A stretch of DNA of 64,000 bases from contig CAVRJG010000008.1 of NCBI GenBank assembly GCA_963721455.1, forward strand, positions 1 to 64,000, given 5' to 3'. Each line of letters starts with the position of its first letter. The stretch's first letter is position 1. Of the stretch, positions 63,479 to 64,000 are shown in pieces. Source of the DNA: an uncultured Methanosarcinaceae archaeon (GTDB taxonomy: Archaea; Halobacteriota; Methanosarcinia; Methanosarcinales; Methanosarcinaceae). A model generated the notes under the pieces. That model made no database searches. It saw only the letters and a program-made list of their open reading frames with translations, and was not told where the DNA came from. Made by a program: the position numbers and the translations under genes.

Positions 63479-63778
63479 ATGGCAGACACTTTAAAACTAT
63501 CACCAGCTATATGTGCATATCCTAACGATAAATATGAAAACCTTGAAATTGACGTAGTTCTCCCGGGAGTCGACAAGAAAGATATTTCATTTAAGATCAC
63601 CGAGAATGGCTTTTATGTAAAAGCCACCAAAGAAGGGGTTGAATATGCGGACAGCTACGCATTCTGCTGCCCGGTAAACCCGGAAAAAGCGGTTGCTAAT
63701 TACTCAAATGGTGTACTTAAAGTAACAGTACCTTACCAGCAGCCTTTTGAAAAAGCTGTGGATGTAAAAATCGAGTAA
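63479..63778 (+). CDS. Small heat-shock protein (Hsp20), paralog 3
   Basis: MADTLKLSPAICAYP..LPGV..CCPV..ANYSNGVLKVTVP..VKIE. Confidence 0.87.
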   Translation: MADTLKLSPAICAYPNDKYENLEIDVVLPGVDKKDISFKITENGFYVKATKEGVEYADSYAFCCPVNPEKAVANYSNGVLKVTVPYQQPFEKAVDVKIE

Positions 63779-63945
63779 GGTAACCAGGATTTACGCAGTT
63801 GAACCGAGAAATCAATAGCATTAAACCTCAAACCGTTTAAATTATAATATCTGTGAGAGACATGCTCACGCTTGATTTTGTTCCTCAAGTGCGTAAGTCC
63901 TGAATCTATAAAATAATTGAATTTTTATTGAAAAGAGGTTTTTAA

Positions 63946-64000
63946 ATGAAGAAGATGACAGAACAGCATCTTATCAATGCATTTGGAGGAGAAAGCCAGG
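63946..64000 (+). CDS. Rubrerythrin family protein, N-terminus only (runs off the window)
   Basis: GAGG RBS; MKKMTEQHLINAFGGESQ fits the T..NL..AF.GES.A rubrerythrin start. Confidence 0.75.
   Translation, partial: MKKMTEQHLINAFGGESQ

Overview
The window is a composite of unrelated DNA. (i) 1-~830: a short bacterial-type piece of mixed GC. (ii) ~830-14660: a very GC-rich, actinobacterial-looking block (LLM oxidoreductases, WhiB, acyl-CoA synthetase, SDRs, MaoC hydratase, P450, mesaconyl-CoA isomerase Mct, cupin, ALDH, D-aminoacylase, thiolase). It is full of single-base frameshifts and cut mid-gene at both ends, so it is most likely a chimeric or unpolished assembly segment. (iii) ~14660-64000: clean, Methanosarcina-like archaeal chromosome. 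This carries three Cys-rich Hsp20 paralogs, a broken ferredoxin, sodC, trkAH, kdpABC plus a KdpD with no histidine kinase, a hidden trkA relic, grpE-dnaK-dnaJ, mfnD/F/E, Zn-ribbon/EF-1beta/tRNA-Ala(CGC), a multi-PAS kinase with two receivers, thiI, a TPR protein, HD and Nif3 proteins, a PGF-CTERM surface protein, DHH, engB, lig, hom/ACT, a membrane-anchored wHTH locus, a phasin-like gene and the start of rubrerythrin. No clearly new system is proven. The best leads are the Kdp module with a His-kinase-less KdpD replacing a decayed trkA, the Cys-rich minimal Hsp20 family next to redox-defence genes, and a transmembrane wHTH regulator facing secreted-protein genes across paired palindromes. All calls come from reading motifs by eye; no database searches were run.
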